DNA of 64,000 nucleotides from an uncultured virus (IMG/VR IMGVR_UViG_3300043419_000665) (taxonomy: Duplodnaviria; Heunggongvirae; Uroviricota; Caudoviricetes), in IMG/VR virus record IMGVR_UViG_3300043419_000665, positions 1-64,000 of that record; one strand, written 5' to 3'. The position numbers were made by a program, and so were the translations under genes. Each line of letters starts with the position of its first letter. The stretch's first letter is position 1. The notes under the pieces were generated by a model that made no database searches, was not told the origin of the DNA, and saw only the letters and a list, made by a program, of their open reading frames with translations. Shown one piece after another: positions 8,658-18,354 of this stretch.

Positions 8658-9326
8658 TTATTGTAAAGACTGTTCTTTTTTACTAAAGTCTTCTTTATAT
8701 TTTGCAAATACTGGATCTGCATTCCATTTATCAAGTCTTTCTTTTCTTGCTTCTGGAGATCTAGCAGGAAGGTTTAATTCTTCAAAGTCTTTCTTTGTTG
8801 AAAAATGCATAGTCAAAACCTCAGTGTTGTTTCCTTCTTTAAAAAGCACTGGCTCTCTCCAATGTGCCTGACCTGCACCCCAAAAAACAAGAAGGTCTCC
8901 ATACTGAAGATTAAAACTTTCATCTTCAATTACTATTGGCCAATCAATATTTGCGTCTAACTGATAGTCCATTGTTAGTTTAGAAAAATAATTATCTGAA
9001 TCATAGTGCACTGGAAGTTTTGGATTTACTCCTGGACTATGCTCTTGATTATAACTAAGGTAACTATTGTGGTACATAAAAACATCTTCTCCAACTAATG
9101 TTGAAGCAAACTTTTCAAGTTTTCTACGTATGTGCTCTGGGTACATAACTTCTATTTGCATTCTTGCCATAGTTGGCAAAACAAGTGGAGAATAAAACTC
9201 ACTTAAATCTTTAGCATTTTTTTGATACTTAATAATTGCAAGAAGAACTTCTATTTCTTCATCAGTAAAAAAGTTTTTAACAATGTGTGGAACTATCTTA
9301 TTTTTTGGTTCATGTCCTGTATTCAT
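8658..9326 (-). CDS. 2OG-Fe(II) oxygenase superfamily protein
   Basis: IVKNFFTDEE N-terminus, HxD (LPVHYD), GDLLVFWG..HWRE; ATG 6 nt after TATAAT (leaderless). Confidence 0.7.
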   Translation of the reverse strand: MNTGHEPKNKIVPHIVKNFFTDEEIEVLLAIIKYQKNAKDLSEFYSPLVLPTMARMQIEVMYPEHIRRKLEKFASTLVGEDVFMYHNSYLSYNQEHSPGVNPKLPVHYDSDNYFSKLTMDYQLDANIDWPIVIEDESFNLQYGDLLVFWGAGQAHWREPVLFKEGNNTEVLTMHFSTKKDFEELNLPARSPEARKERLDKWNADPVFAKYKEDFSKKEQSLQ

Positions 9327-9333
9327 AATACTA

Positions 9334-9621
9334 TTATACACCATCCTCTGAAAGTTGTTCTAAAATGCTCATCTCAATTATAGCAAGTCTTACCTTTGCA
9401 TTCCCCTCGCCTATTACTACAACAATGGCTGGATCTTTTCCGTTCTTCATAGCATCTGTTGTGGCCTTAGCCCAAACCTCTTTATTCAAAGTAAAAGATT
9501 TTCCAACCTCTTTAAAGTCTACAACAAAGTTTTTCCAGGATGCATCACCCTTTTGAGTATTACGACCAGAATTCTTATGCTGCTTAGCACCTATTCTCTT
9601 GGACTCACTCTTCTCTGTCAT
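9334..9621 (-). CDS. Small PD-(D/E)xK endonuclease (Hjc/resolvase-like)
   Basis: NSGR..KGDA..FVVDFKE..KSF; start refined to MTEKSE. Confidence 0.65.
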   Translation of the reverse strand: MTEKSESKRIGAKQHKNSGRNTQKGDASWKNFVVDFKEVGKSFTLNKEVWAKATTDAMKNGKDPAIVVVIGEGNAKVRLAIIEMSILEQLSEDGV

Positions 9622-9781
9622 TACCCTTCCATTTCTGCTTTCCAAACTTAACACTGCTTAGGTGTTTGCTGGGGCACATCCATGTTGCAGTCTTTGTGTC
9701 TGCATAAAGTCTTAAAGATCTTACCTCTGCCTTGCACTCGTGGCATGTAAACTTGCCAGTATATACTGTGTAACTAGCCAT
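9605..9781 (-). CDS. 58-aa zinc-ribbon protein
   Basis: Hand-translated MASYTVYTGKFTCHECKAEV...WMCPSKHLSSV; overlaps both neighbours. Confidence 0.65.
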   Translation of the reverse strand: MASYTVYTGKFTCHECKAEVRSLRLYADTKTATWMCPSKHLSSVKFGKQKWKGNDREE

Positions 9782-10784
9782 TTAGTTTTGCCTTGATTGA
9801 TTCTTGCAAGTCAAGATCCTCTCTTACACGATTAACGAATGCTTCTTTACCCTGGACCTTTGACCCATCAGGAAGTATGTACCAAGCACCTGTGCGCTCC
9901 ACGATGCCGTTTAGTTCTGCTGTAGTAACCAGATCACCAATGGTATCAAGACCAATATTGTCACCTCTAAAGTAAAAATCATACTCACCAGACTGGAACC
10001 CTGGAGAGGTTTTGGAGAACTGGAGTTCCCACTTAATAGTTCTACCAATTTTTTCTTCAATTAATTTATCTCCTACCTTGATCTTGCCCTTAATCGCTTG
10101 ATTGTCTGACTCTGAAGAAAAGAGTTTAACAATACATGAGGAATAAAACTTAGTAGCCTGACCACCAGAAGGCTGCTGGCTAGTATACATAGCATTAATA
10201 TTATTACGAGACTGAGAAATGAGAACAAGCAAAGTTGGCTTAACTTTATTGTTTGCATAGTTAAGCATTTTCCATGCGTTACTAAAGTCACGGGATTCTG
10301 CTCCAATCTGTTTTGTATTTTCTAATGCTTTCATTTCATCTGTATCTTTTTCAAAATAAATTGCTGGAAGCATTGATGTAATAGAGTCTACCACAATTAG
10401 GTCAACGCCAGCGTTCATTAATCCAACACCTACATCCACCATGTCGCTAATAGTTCTTGCTTGCGAATAGATTAGTTTTTCTGGATCTACCCCAAGAGTT
10501 CTGGCCCAGTCTTCTGAGTATGACATCTCTGAGTCAATCCACGCACACAGTTTGCCATCTGCCTGTGCAAGAGCAATCATCTGAAGGCACATAGAAGACT
10601 TTGCAGAAGACTTAGAGCCCCAGATCAGTACCTGCCTTCCATAAGGAAGACCACCACCAAGAGCACGGTTTAATCCAAAACTAGGAGTAGGTTGGTATTC
10701 ATAGTTAACACCAACCCCACTACCCAATCTCTTTCTTAACTTAGGGTCTAACTGTGCTAATGCTTCTTCGATACTAACTGACAT
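9774..10784 (-). CDS. recA: RecA/UvsX-like recombinase
   Basis: LNRALGGGLPYGR, P-loop GSKSSAKS, AWIDSE, LIVVDS, ISQSR, SGGQATKFYSS, GAWY..KVQGKE. Confidence 0.9.
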   Translation of the reverse strand: MSVSIEEALAQLDPKLRKRLGSGVGVNYEYQPTPSFGLNRALGGGLPYGRQVLIWGSKSSAKSSMCLQMIALAQADGKLCAWIDSEMSYSEDWARTLGVDPEKLIYSQARTISDMVDVGVGLMNAGVDLIVVDSITSMLPAIYFEKDTDEMKALENTKQIGAESRDFSNAWKMLNYANNKVKPTLLVLISQSRNNINAMYTSQQPSGGQATKFYSSCIVKLFSSESDNQAIKGKIKVGDKLIEEKIGRTIKWELQFSKTSPGFQSGEYDFYFRGDNIGLDTIGDLVTTAELNGIVERTGAWYILPDGSKVQGKEAFVNRVREDLDLQESIKAKLNG

Positions 10785-13700
10785 GTACATCCTCCAATGT
10801 TACTGTTCCGTCTTTAGTCTTGCCAAAATCAAACTTATAAGATTTGCCTTCTTCAATATGCATATACGCTTTTGCAAAAGATGTAGGAAATACTGTAATA
10901 GAATGTAGGTCTCTACTTGTATCTGCAAGTGTAAGTGATGCCATTTTCTTTCCAGTCTTTGTAATTCTTGGTTTAAAAGAAACTACAAACATTTCATCAT
11001 CTTTATATGGAAGTTGCTTATAACTTAAGAACTTCACAAGAGCATGGGATGATTCTTTTATCTCATCTGAAGGTATGAAAGAAACAATCCTGTTATCATT
11101 ACACAGAACCAGATAAGAGCGACCTGTCTCAATAGTTGTATTTTCATCATCAAATATACCGACACTGCCAGTTTTGTCCAAAATTTCAACTCGTGACCAT
11201 CCTGTTCCTCGTTTAATAGATTTTACCATACCCATAAAAATGTATGATCCTTTTTCTTCAAAGTCTACAATATCTTGAATAAATGCATAGTAGTGAGAGG
11301 GAATAGTAATATTAAACTCTGGAAGGTTTAAGTATTCATACAGGTTCTCTTTAATCTCCTGGTCATTTCTAGGATTGTCATTAAATGTTGCTGCACCAAT
11401 GACCCTTAGTGCTTGTAGTGCACGACTGTTTACTCCGTTTCCTTTTGTAAAGGTAAACTCTTCAAGTTCTTTATATGAACTAAATGGTCGTGCTGATATA
11501 TATCTTTCACCAATTTTGTCAGATATAAACTTGATAGCGCTGAGTCCAAACCGAATACCTTTACCCTCAATCTTAAAATCAATATCCGAATCATTAATGT
11601 GAGGCAACTTAATGCTAATGCCCATTCTCTTTGCTTCAATAAGATATTCAGTTCTTGCATCTTTATCCTTTTCGTTCTTTAGCACTGAGTACATAAACTC
11701 AAGTGGGTAATAATACTTTAGCCATGCTGTCCAATAGGATAGCGTTGAGTATGCTACTGCGTGAGATTTGTTAAATGAATACCCTGCGTGAGCCTCAAAG
11801 TCATGCCATAGATCACGAGCAGCATTAGGAGCAATAAACTTAGATGCTCCCTCTACGAACTTCTCTTTAAACTGATCAAATTCTTTAGCATCCTTTTTCT
11901 TTCCAATGATCTTTCTAACTTTATCTGCTTCCGACATGGACATACCGCCAAGGTGTACGCATGCTTGCATAACCTGTTCCTGGTAAAGAATACAGCCATA
12001 AGTGTCCTCCGTAAATTGTTTTAGTACTTGGTGTGTATAAGATATGTTTTGACGACCATGTTTACGATCAACATAGTCCTTTCCGATAGTGTTCATTGCA
12101 CCTGGACGGACAAGAGCATTAGATGCTGCAAGTTCATTTAAATTCTTTACACCCATCTTAACAAGAAGGTTTGTATATGGTGCTGCTTCACACTGGAATA
12201 CGCCCTTAGTGTATCCATCTGAAAGCATCTGATAAACATTTGCATCATCCATCTTGATTTTAAGAAGGTCAATCTTCTTGCCGTCTCTTTCTTTAATAAT
12301 ATCAATTGTGTTCTTGAGAACAGACAATGTTTTCAGTCCCAAAGCATCAATCTTGATTAGACCAATTCTTTCAGCCTCTTCCATGTCAACACCAACTACT
12401 GGAATTCTTTCGTCAGATCCAGTAGACGATCTTGTTTCAAGTGGTGCATATCTAAAGATTGGTTCCTTTGCAGTCACAACACCTGCTGCGTGGATACCTG
12501 TACCACGGATACGACCACGAAGTTGTTCTCCGTAAATCTCTACCTCTGGATACTTCTCACGAAACTCTCTTGTTGATTTAGATGTGCAGAAATCATCCCA
12601 TGTATCTACGGTTTTTAACACCTTATTTACATCTGATAGAGGAATATTTAATACTCGTGCAACATCTCTAACAATTCCCTTGCCTGTAAACTCAAGAAAG
12701 GTAGCGATAGATGCAACATGTCTATACTGTCTAACAAGATAGTCTTTTACTTCTTCACGACGAGTATCCTGAATGTCTGTGTCAATATCTGGAAAGTCAT
12801 TACGCTCTGGATTAATAAAGCGAAAGAACAAAAGGTTGTGCTCAATAGGATCAATGTCTGTAATCTTTAGTGCATAACAAACAAGAGAGCCAGCAGATGA
12901 TCCACGACCAGGACCAACCATGATCTCTTCTTTCTTAGCCCAGTTGATCATGTTACTCACAACAAGGAAGTATGGAGCAAACTTCTTATCTTTAATGATC
13001 TTTAACTCTTCTTCAAGTCTATCAAGATACTCTTGATTTTCTGACAAACCTCGCTCTGCCAAACCTTCCAATGCAGCCTTTGCAAGTTCCTTGTCAGGAC
13101 TCTTATACTGTACTGGTAAAAGGTTTAATCCTTCTTGAATGCCATAGTCTCCTACTGTCTCTGCTAATAGGAGTGTGTTTGAATATATGTCAGGTCGATC
13201 AATACCCTGCGCTTCCATGGCTGCTTTAATCTCTTCATATGAGAGCAGGTGTATGTCAAACTTGTTAAATGTAATCTGACGGTCTTCGCCATAAAGGTAG
13301 TCAAGGCGTTCCATCATGCTGCCCTTTTTCTTTGACTTTTCATATGTTGCATCTTTTACGAACTTGCCGTGTGTGTTCATGAGCAACTTAAACTCTTGAA
13401 CTTCTTTTTGTGATGGATCAACATGGTGGCAGTCTGGTGTAACAATAACTTTAATACCAAACTCGTCTGCTAGTTCTATCAGATACTTATTAATGTGTGC
13501 TTCATTATGAGGCATAACTTCAACGTAGTAGTCATCTCCAAAGCGTTCCTTGAACCAAGTTAAATACTTCTTGGCAAGAGCAAACTCTTCTTCTTCTAAT
13601 GCTTTTACAAGTACGCTACTTGGGCAAGCAGAGGATACGATAATCCCCTCTTTATACTTTTCTAGTATAGTAAAATCAAATCGTGGCTTCTTAAAGAAAC

Positions 13701-14049
13701 CATCTGTCCAGGATAGTTCACTAATCTTGTTAAGGTTTTCTAAACCAATTTGATTCTTGGCTAGAAGGATAATGTGATTATAGACAAGATCTTGCTGACC
13801 TTCTCTTTCAGACTTATCTCGTGTGTCAGATATGTCTGCACACATGTATCCTTCTAGACCTAGAATTGGCTTAATGCCCTTTGCTTTTGCAATACGGTGC
13901 AGTTCCCTATGCCCAGATAAAGTACCGTGGTCAGTGATGGCAATTGCTGGCATCCCTAACTCAACTGCACGGTCAACGTATTCTTCTGGAGTAGCAATCC
14001 CATCAAATAAACTAAAATGGGTATGGACATGTAAGCCGACGTAGTTCAT
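10774..14049 (-). CDS. dnaE: DNA polymerase III alpha subunit (family C)
   Basis: PHP LHVHTHFSLFDG..AITDHG; GPGRGSSAGSL; RFINPERNDFPDIDTD; HAAGVV; KIDALGL; GYSFNKSHA; start refined to MNYVGL. Confidence 0.95.
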   Translation of the reverse strand: MNYVGLHVHTHFSLFDGIATPEEYVDRAVELGMPAIAITDHGTLSGHRELHRIAKAKGIKPILGLEGYMCADISDTRDKSEREGQQDLVYNHIILLAKNQIGLENLNKISELSWTDGFFKKPRFDFTILEKYKEGIIVSSACPSSVLVKALEEEEFALAKKYLTWFKERFGDDYYVEVMPHNEAHINKYLIELADEFGIKVIVTPDCHHVDPSQKEVQEFKLLMNTHGKFVKDATYEKSKKKGSMMERLDYLYGEDRQITFNKFDIHLLSYEEIKAAMEAQGIDRPDIYSNTLLLAETVGDYGIQEGLNLLPVQYKSPDKELAKAALEGLAERGLSENQEYLDRLEEELKIIKDKKFAPYFLVVSNMINWAKKEEIMVGPGRGSSAGSLVCYALKITDIDPIEHNLLFFRFINPERNDFPDIDTDIQDTRREEVKDYLVRQYRHVASIATFLEFTGKGIVRDVARVLNIPLSDVNKVLKTVDTWDDFCTSKSTREFREKYPEVEIYGEQLRGRIRGTGIHAAGVVTAKEPIFRYAPLETRSSTGSDERIPVVGVDMEEAERIGLIKIDALGLKTLSVLKNTIDIIKERDGKKIDLLKIKMDDANVYQMLSDGYTKGVFQCEAAPYTNLLVKMGVKNLNELAASNALVRPGAMNTIGKDYVDRKHGRQNISYTHQVLKQFTEDTYGCILYQEQVMQACVHLGGMSMSEADKVRKIIGKKKDAKEFDQFKEKFVEGASKFIAPNAARDLWHDFEAHAGYSFNKSHAVAYSTLSYWTAWLKYYYPLEFMYSVLKNEKDKDARTEYLIEAKRMGISIKLPHINDSDIDFKIEGKGIRFGLSAIKFISDKIGERYISARPFSSYKELEEFTFTKGNGVNSRALQALRVIGAATFNDNPRNDQEIKENLYEYLNLPEFNITIPSHYYAFIQDIVDFEEKGSYIFMGMVKSIKRGTGWSRVEILDKTGSVGIFDDENTTIETGRSYLVLCNDNRIVSFIPSDEIKESSHALVKFLSYKQLPYKDDEMFVVSFKPRITKTGKKMASLTLADTSRDLHSITVFPTSFAKAYMHIEEGKSYKFDFGKTKDGTVTLEDVHVS

Positions 14050-14050
14050 A

Positions 14051-14704
14051 TTACCAATCAGCGTTAGTTGCTGAAGTGGCAGATGGGCCATCAAAGCCCA
14101 AGTAGAACGCTTCTTGTTCTGCGTAAGGAACCTTGCGTAGTGCAGACTCTAGTGGGTAAGGCTTAATCTCTCCCCAGTTGAATGGCTCCTTGTCTGGTGC
14201 AGATGGAATCAATGTGTAATTGGTTTCAGTTCCCTGTCCGTTACGCTTTAACTTCCACTGTACATTTGAGATGCTTCCTGTTTCAAGAGCATACTCACGA
14301 ATTGTGTTGAATGATGATTGCTTACTGATACCCATTGACCAGATTGCAACATATGGTGCTTCGATGCCGTCGTCTACAAGAACGTTGCAGTAGAAACGAA
14401 GACGTGCTCTCCAGCCAGCCTTTGGATCCTTGCGGTGCATCTCTTCAGCCCAGTCACGACCTTCTGTATCCATTGTATCTACAGCCTTACGCTTGTAGTC
14501 CTTTGGGTTTGTATGTTCTGATACAACAATTGCTAGTCCACGCTCTGCGTTATAGTTTGCTGAATCTTCATCGAGTTCTTCTAAGAACCTAATCTTTACT
14601 GATTGTCCATCGGCAAGTTTTAACCACTTAACCTTTGGGCCATCTCCACCCTTTGGGCCATCTAGTACTGGACCCATTTCCTTTATTCCTCTTAGTATTG
14701 CCAT
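14051..14704 (-). CDS. Single-stranded DNA-binding protein (gp32-like OB fold)
   Basis: WLKLADGQSVKIRFL...KLKRNGQGTETNY; acidic/aromatic tail; lies between primase and polymerase. Confidence 0.7.
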   Translation of the reverse strand: MAILRGIKEMGPVLDGPKGGDGPKVKWLKLADGQSVKIRFLEELDEDSANYNAERGLAIVVSEHTNPKDYKRKAVDTMDTEGRDWAEEMHRKDPKAGWRARLRFYCNVLVDDGIEAPYVAIWSMGISKQSSFNTIREYALETGSISNVQWKLKRNGQGTETNYTLIPSAPDKEPFNWGEIKPYPLESALRKVPYAEQEAFYLGFDGPSATSATNADW

Positions 14705-14729
14705 GTGTTTTCTCCTTTGTGTTGTTATG

Positions 14730-15674
14730 TTAGTTTAGCATAGACTGTATTGATTTGTCAAACTGGAAGTCCAGTTCTTGAATTGACTTATCGTCCATGT
14801 CGCCTATATCTTTGTATTGTTTATTTAGTTGTATTACAGATACACGAGAACCAAGTTTTTCAACTATCTTAGTTTTCATATTTCCACCTGCTTCATCGTT
14901 GTCTGCAATAACAATTATATCATTAAAGTACTTCTGAAGCAATTCTATTTGTATATTTGATACATTGGACCCAAGTGTTGCTACTGCAGCGAAACCACAC
15001 TGGTCAAGCCTGATAGCATCAAATGATGACTCTACAACGTATACCTTGCCATAACTTTTTACTCTATGCAAATTAAACAGTGTTTTTGATTTTGGTAAGC
15101 CTGGAGTATTCTTAAATTCTTTTCCTTCAATTGATCTTCCAACAAATCCAATTGGCAAACCTTCTGGGCTATGAACTGGAACTGTAACCATGTCTTGCTT
15201 GTCTGAGTATCCCAAAGAAAACTTTGATGCAGAAGTCTTTGTTATTTTTCTATAATTAAAATAATCTTTTGCTCTATCAGATGAAAGAAGATTATTGTGC
15301 AAGCGCTTAAGAACTAATTCATCAAACATTGCAAACTCAGGCTTCTGATAAAGAGCCTTATCGATATCTGTTTCAATGCTTGTTTCTGTTTCTTTACTTT
15401 TGATAAATCTTGCAGCCTCAAAGTAGGTCCTGTTAGACATATGCATAACAAATTCAATAAATCCAGTTACGTGATGACATGCAAAACAAAAAAATGTTCC
15501 GTTATTCTTATCTATTTCTCCTGCTGGGGTTCTGTTGTTATTGTGATATGGACAAAAAATAATATAGTCTGAGTCGACCTCAGACTCAATAGTTACACCT
15601 GTTCCTGTGAGAACTCTTTTGATTTGCTCTTTTGTGTATACACTACTTTGCTTCCGTCTATTCCTGCTATCCAT
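14730..15674 (-). CDS. dnaG: DNA primase (CHC2 zinc finger plus Toprim)
   Basis: CPYH..CFAC; IGFVGR; VYVVESSFD; IADNDEAG; KDIGD. Confidence 0.9.
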   Translation of the reverse strand: MDSRNRRKQSSVYTKEQIKRVLTGTGVTIESEVDSDYIIFCPYHNNNRTPAGEIDKNNGTFFCFACHHVTGFIEFVMHMSNRTYFEAARFIKSKETETSIETDIDKALYQKPEFAMFDELVLKRLHNNLLSSDRAKDYFNYRKITKTSASKFSLGYSDKQDMVTVPVHSPEGLPIGFVGRSIEGKEFKNTPGLPKSKTLFNLHRVKSYGKVYVVESSFDAIRLDQCGFAAVATLGSNVSNIQIELLQKYFNDIIVIADNDEAGGNMKTKIVEKLGSRVSVIQLNKQYKDIGDMDDKSIQELDFQFDKSIQSMLN

Positions 15675-15919
15675 TCGCTTTGTTTTCTCCCCGTATATGT
15701 TCCGTGTACTGTTAATTCAAATTCAAAATATTTTTTCTTATGGTTATAGTCTAATGTAAAATCTGGGTCTATATCAAGTCTTGGCACATATCCAGACAGG
15801 CGCATCTCAGACTCAAGTAGTCTGATATATTCCTGCTTAAGCCTGCCAAGTGCTGATTCATCATGAATGACTCCACTCAAGTTGAACTTCTTGATAGGCT
15901 TGTGGTGATAGTTTGCCAT
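15593..15919 (-). CDS. Hypothetical protein (108 aa)
   Basis: ATG 7 nt after TATAAT at 15927-15932; overlaps the primase start. Confidence 0.6.
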   Translation of the reverse strand: MANYHHKPIKKFNLSGVIHDESALGRLKQEYIRLLESEMRLSGYVPRLDIDPDFTLDYNHKKKYFEFELTVHGTYTGRKQSEWIAGIDGSKVVYTQKSKSKEFSQEQV

Positions 15920-15933
15920 GTAACATATTATAC

Positions 15934-17154
15934 CTACTTATCTTCATAGTCTTTATATCTGTAGTATCCCTTGTCAAAATCGACCTGCACAAGGAAATCT
16001 CCCATAAATCCATTACGGTTCTTTCTAAATGCACACTCAATGATGTCGCTATTAGAGGCTCTTCCCAAAGCAATAACCCAGTCAGCATCATAGGCAATTT
16101 GTCTTGACCAAGCAGTCTGTCCAAGTGTTGGTACTCCGCTTAGGTCATTAACATCATCTGGTGTAGCAGATGAGATAGCAATAATAGGAACTTCTTCACC
16201 AATAGCCATAAGTTTAAGTTCTCGTGAAAGGTTCTTCATTCTTACCGTTTCATTATCTGACTTCTGATTAGGAGCCATCAACTGTAGGTAGTCTACAATT
16301 ACAAAGTCTGGCTTATACTGATCAATCTTTCCACGAAGGACAGATGGGTTGATTTCTCCACCTTGATCATTTGAGATGATGTGAAACTCTGGCTTGCCCT
16401 TTAGATGTCTTTCATGCCATGCCTTAAGTGTGTCTAACTCAACATCTCCGTTAGATAGTTTTCTATGTGACCAAAGACCTTCTCCCATAATTGTGAATAC
16501 ACGATTACGAACTTCTGTTTCAGACATCTCAAGCGAGATTACGAGTGGTGTCTTTCCCTGCTTCCAAGCCTGTACAGCGAAGTATAGAGCCATCCATGAC
16601 TTTCCTATACCTGGATATGCTAAGAAAACTCCTAACTGCCCTGGCATAATTCCAGATGGAAGATAGTTATCAAACCCTGGAAGATTAGTTTTAATGCCAA
16701 CATGTCCTGCTGCTTGCTGAATCTTTAAGTTTTCAAAGTATGCAATTGCAGATTCAAGGTCTGTAACATCGATGTCTCGGATTGCAGAAGTGTTTTTCTT
16801 TAACTCTGATGTTTGTGTAATTAAATCATTTAATGCAACATTGCCCTGATTATTCTGAACATTGGTTGCTGCTGATCTTAGAATATCTTTAAGGCTATCA
16901 TTTAGATATTCTCCCTGTAACTCTTCAAGGTGATGCTTTGTTGCACCGACATTATCTATTGGAGAAAAATCTCTAAACTTTTCTGTTACAAGTTCTGCAG
17001 GAGGAAGAGACTTATTATTTTCAAAGTAAAGCCTAATGAAGTTCCAGATATCTCCGTGTGTTCTAAGAAGGTTATCTACATTTGCCTGTAAAAGAACATG
17101 GATCTGCTTATCCTGAAGAACTGCAGTAATTAGTTTGGACTCTGTATTATTCAC
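15934..17154 (-). CDS. dnaB: DnaB-like replicative helicase
   Basis: AYPGIGKS, ISLEMS, VIVDYLQLM, SRELK, IAYDAD, KNRNG. Confidence 0.92.
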   Translation of the reverse strand: MNNTESKLITAVLQDKQIHVLLQANVDNLLRTHGDIWNFIRLYFENNKSLPPAELVTEKFRDFSPIDNVGATKHHLEELQGEYLNDSLKDILRSAATNVQNNQGNVALNDLITQTSELKKNTSAIRDIDVTDLESAIAYFENLKIQQAAGHVGIKTNLPGFDNYLPSGIMPGQLGVFLAYPGIGKSWMALYFAVQAWKQGKTPLVISLEMSETEVRNRVFTIMGEGLWSHRKLSNGDVELDTLKAWHERHLKGKPEFHIISNDQGGEINPSVLRGKIDQYKPDFVIVDYLQLMAPNQKSDNETVRMKNLSRELKLMAIGEEVPIIAISSATPDDVNDLSGVPTLGQTAWSRQIAYDADWVIALGRASNSDIIECAFRKNRNGFMGDFLVQVDFDKGYYRYKDYEDK

Positions 17155-17455
17155 TTAGCCACTCCTTAGCCATTCTTCTACGCTCTGCTCTCTCTTCGTC
17201 GTCTCTTTTTTTATCTTTTTGTGCCTGCAATATTTTTTCTGCGTTGTATGCAAAGTAGTTCCATGATGGATTCTCTGAAACCTTAAAGTAATACTCAAGT
17301 ATATCGTAACAGCCAGATAGTCCGTATGACTCTACAAGGCCATCAGAGGCCCACTGCTCTACGTTTAGATTCAGAGATGGCTTTGATTCGTACCTTGCGG
17401 TATGATACTTACTGTATCTTGAAAGCAAAGCCATACGGTCTTTGCGTTCAGCCAT
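17147..17455 (-). CDS. Hypothetical protein, possible helicase loader/initiator
   Basis: Overlaps the helicase start; function inferred from position only. Confidence 0.5.
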   Translation of the reverse strand: MAERKDRMALLSRYSKYHTARYESKPSLNLNVEQWASDGLVESYGLSGCYDILEYYFKVSENPSWNYFAYNAEKILQAQKDKKRDDEERAERRRMAKEWLSE

Positions 17456-17661
17456 TACTCGTTGATTTCAGACTTTGCTTCGTTAATCTTTTCAGTTAAC
17501 TTGTCTTCAACAAACTTATAGACTCGCTCAAATGCTTGGTCTGGGCTTTCACCATTCCGTCTTGAGTCAACAACTCCAAGGTCAAGTCTTAGTGATTGAA
17601 AATTGCCAAGGTTAAGTGTATATCCTAATGTAACAGATATCTTTGTGTCTTCGTTTTCCAT
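17455..17661 (-). CDS. Hypothetical protein (68 aa)
   Basis: ISVTLGYTLNLGNFQSLRLD; start refined to MENEDT. Confidence 0.6.
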   Translation of the reverse strand: MENEDTKISVTLGYTLNLGNFQSLRLDLGVVDSRRNGESPDQAFERVYKFVEDKLTEKINEAKSEINE

Positions 17662-17674
17662 TTCATACCTTTCG

Positions 17675-18217
17675 TTAAATAGATTCAGACCAGATTGGAA
17701 TGAATCGACCATCTTCAGTTCTCGTATATGTAAGTATACCATCGCCCATTCTTCGTGTCAACTCTTGTTTGCTGGGCGTAATATCATTTGTAATTAAATT
17801 ATCTTTTCTTGGTCTACCAATATGGTACGTAGCAAGTATATCACGAATCTCTCTTACTTGCGATTCTGAGTAATATGATCTTACTTGGAAGCCTCTTGCT
17901 CCACCTTTTTGAGATCCCATTGGGAAAGGAATAACTCCTCGTCTCATTAGTGATGGCATATATTTTTTATGACGATTAACTAAATCAGCAGTCTCTCTAA
18001 CCGTGTATGCTCTTTCACGTTTCTTTTTAAAATCAGAAATTAAACAACTTTCAATTTGATCTTTAGTGATATTATAAACAGACATAATTCCATTAGACTT
18101 ATTGAGATGATGTATTCTTACTAAGTCTCCATTTAAGAACCAAACCTTTTTATTCCCTGGAATTACAGGGAGGACATTGTAGCCTTCGCTCTCAATACTT
18201 CCCTTTTTAACAGCCAT
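17675..18217 (-). CDS. DNA-binding protein with MerR/excisionase-like HTH
   Basis: AYTVRETADLVNRH..RRGVIP..RSYYSESQV. Confidence 0.65.
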   Translation of the reverse strand: MAVKKGSIESEGYNVLPVIPGNKKVWFLNGDLVRIHHLNKSNGIMSVYNITKDQIESCLISDFKKKRERAYTVRETADLVNRHKKYMPSLMRRGVIPFPMGSQKGGARGFQVRSYYSESQVREIRDILATYHIGRPRKDNLITNDITPSKQELTRRMGDGILTYTRTEDGRFIPIWSESI

Positions 18218-18354
18218 GACCCCTCCGTAGAACTTTCTGGTGGGTTATAAAAGTTTCGTGATCCACAAGACATGCAGTATGTTTCAAGGTGGCCGACTGT
18301 GCTGTATTGTCTATCAAGAAACATTCTCCCTTTGCATTTTATACACGTTAGCAT
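18163..18354 (-). CDS. Zinc-ribbon protein
   Basis: CIKCKGRMF...CMSCG. Confidence 0.65.
   Translation of the reverse strand: MLTCIKCKGRMFLDRQYSTVGHLETYCMSCGSRNFYNPPESSTEGSWLLKREVLRAKATMSSL

Noticed and set aside
10774..14049. Inteins or introns in DnaE, TerL, DnaB, RecA or NrdJ
   Set aside because: All are of normal length with contiguous motifs; the only Hint domain is in the Fn3 protein and lacks the splicing Asn.
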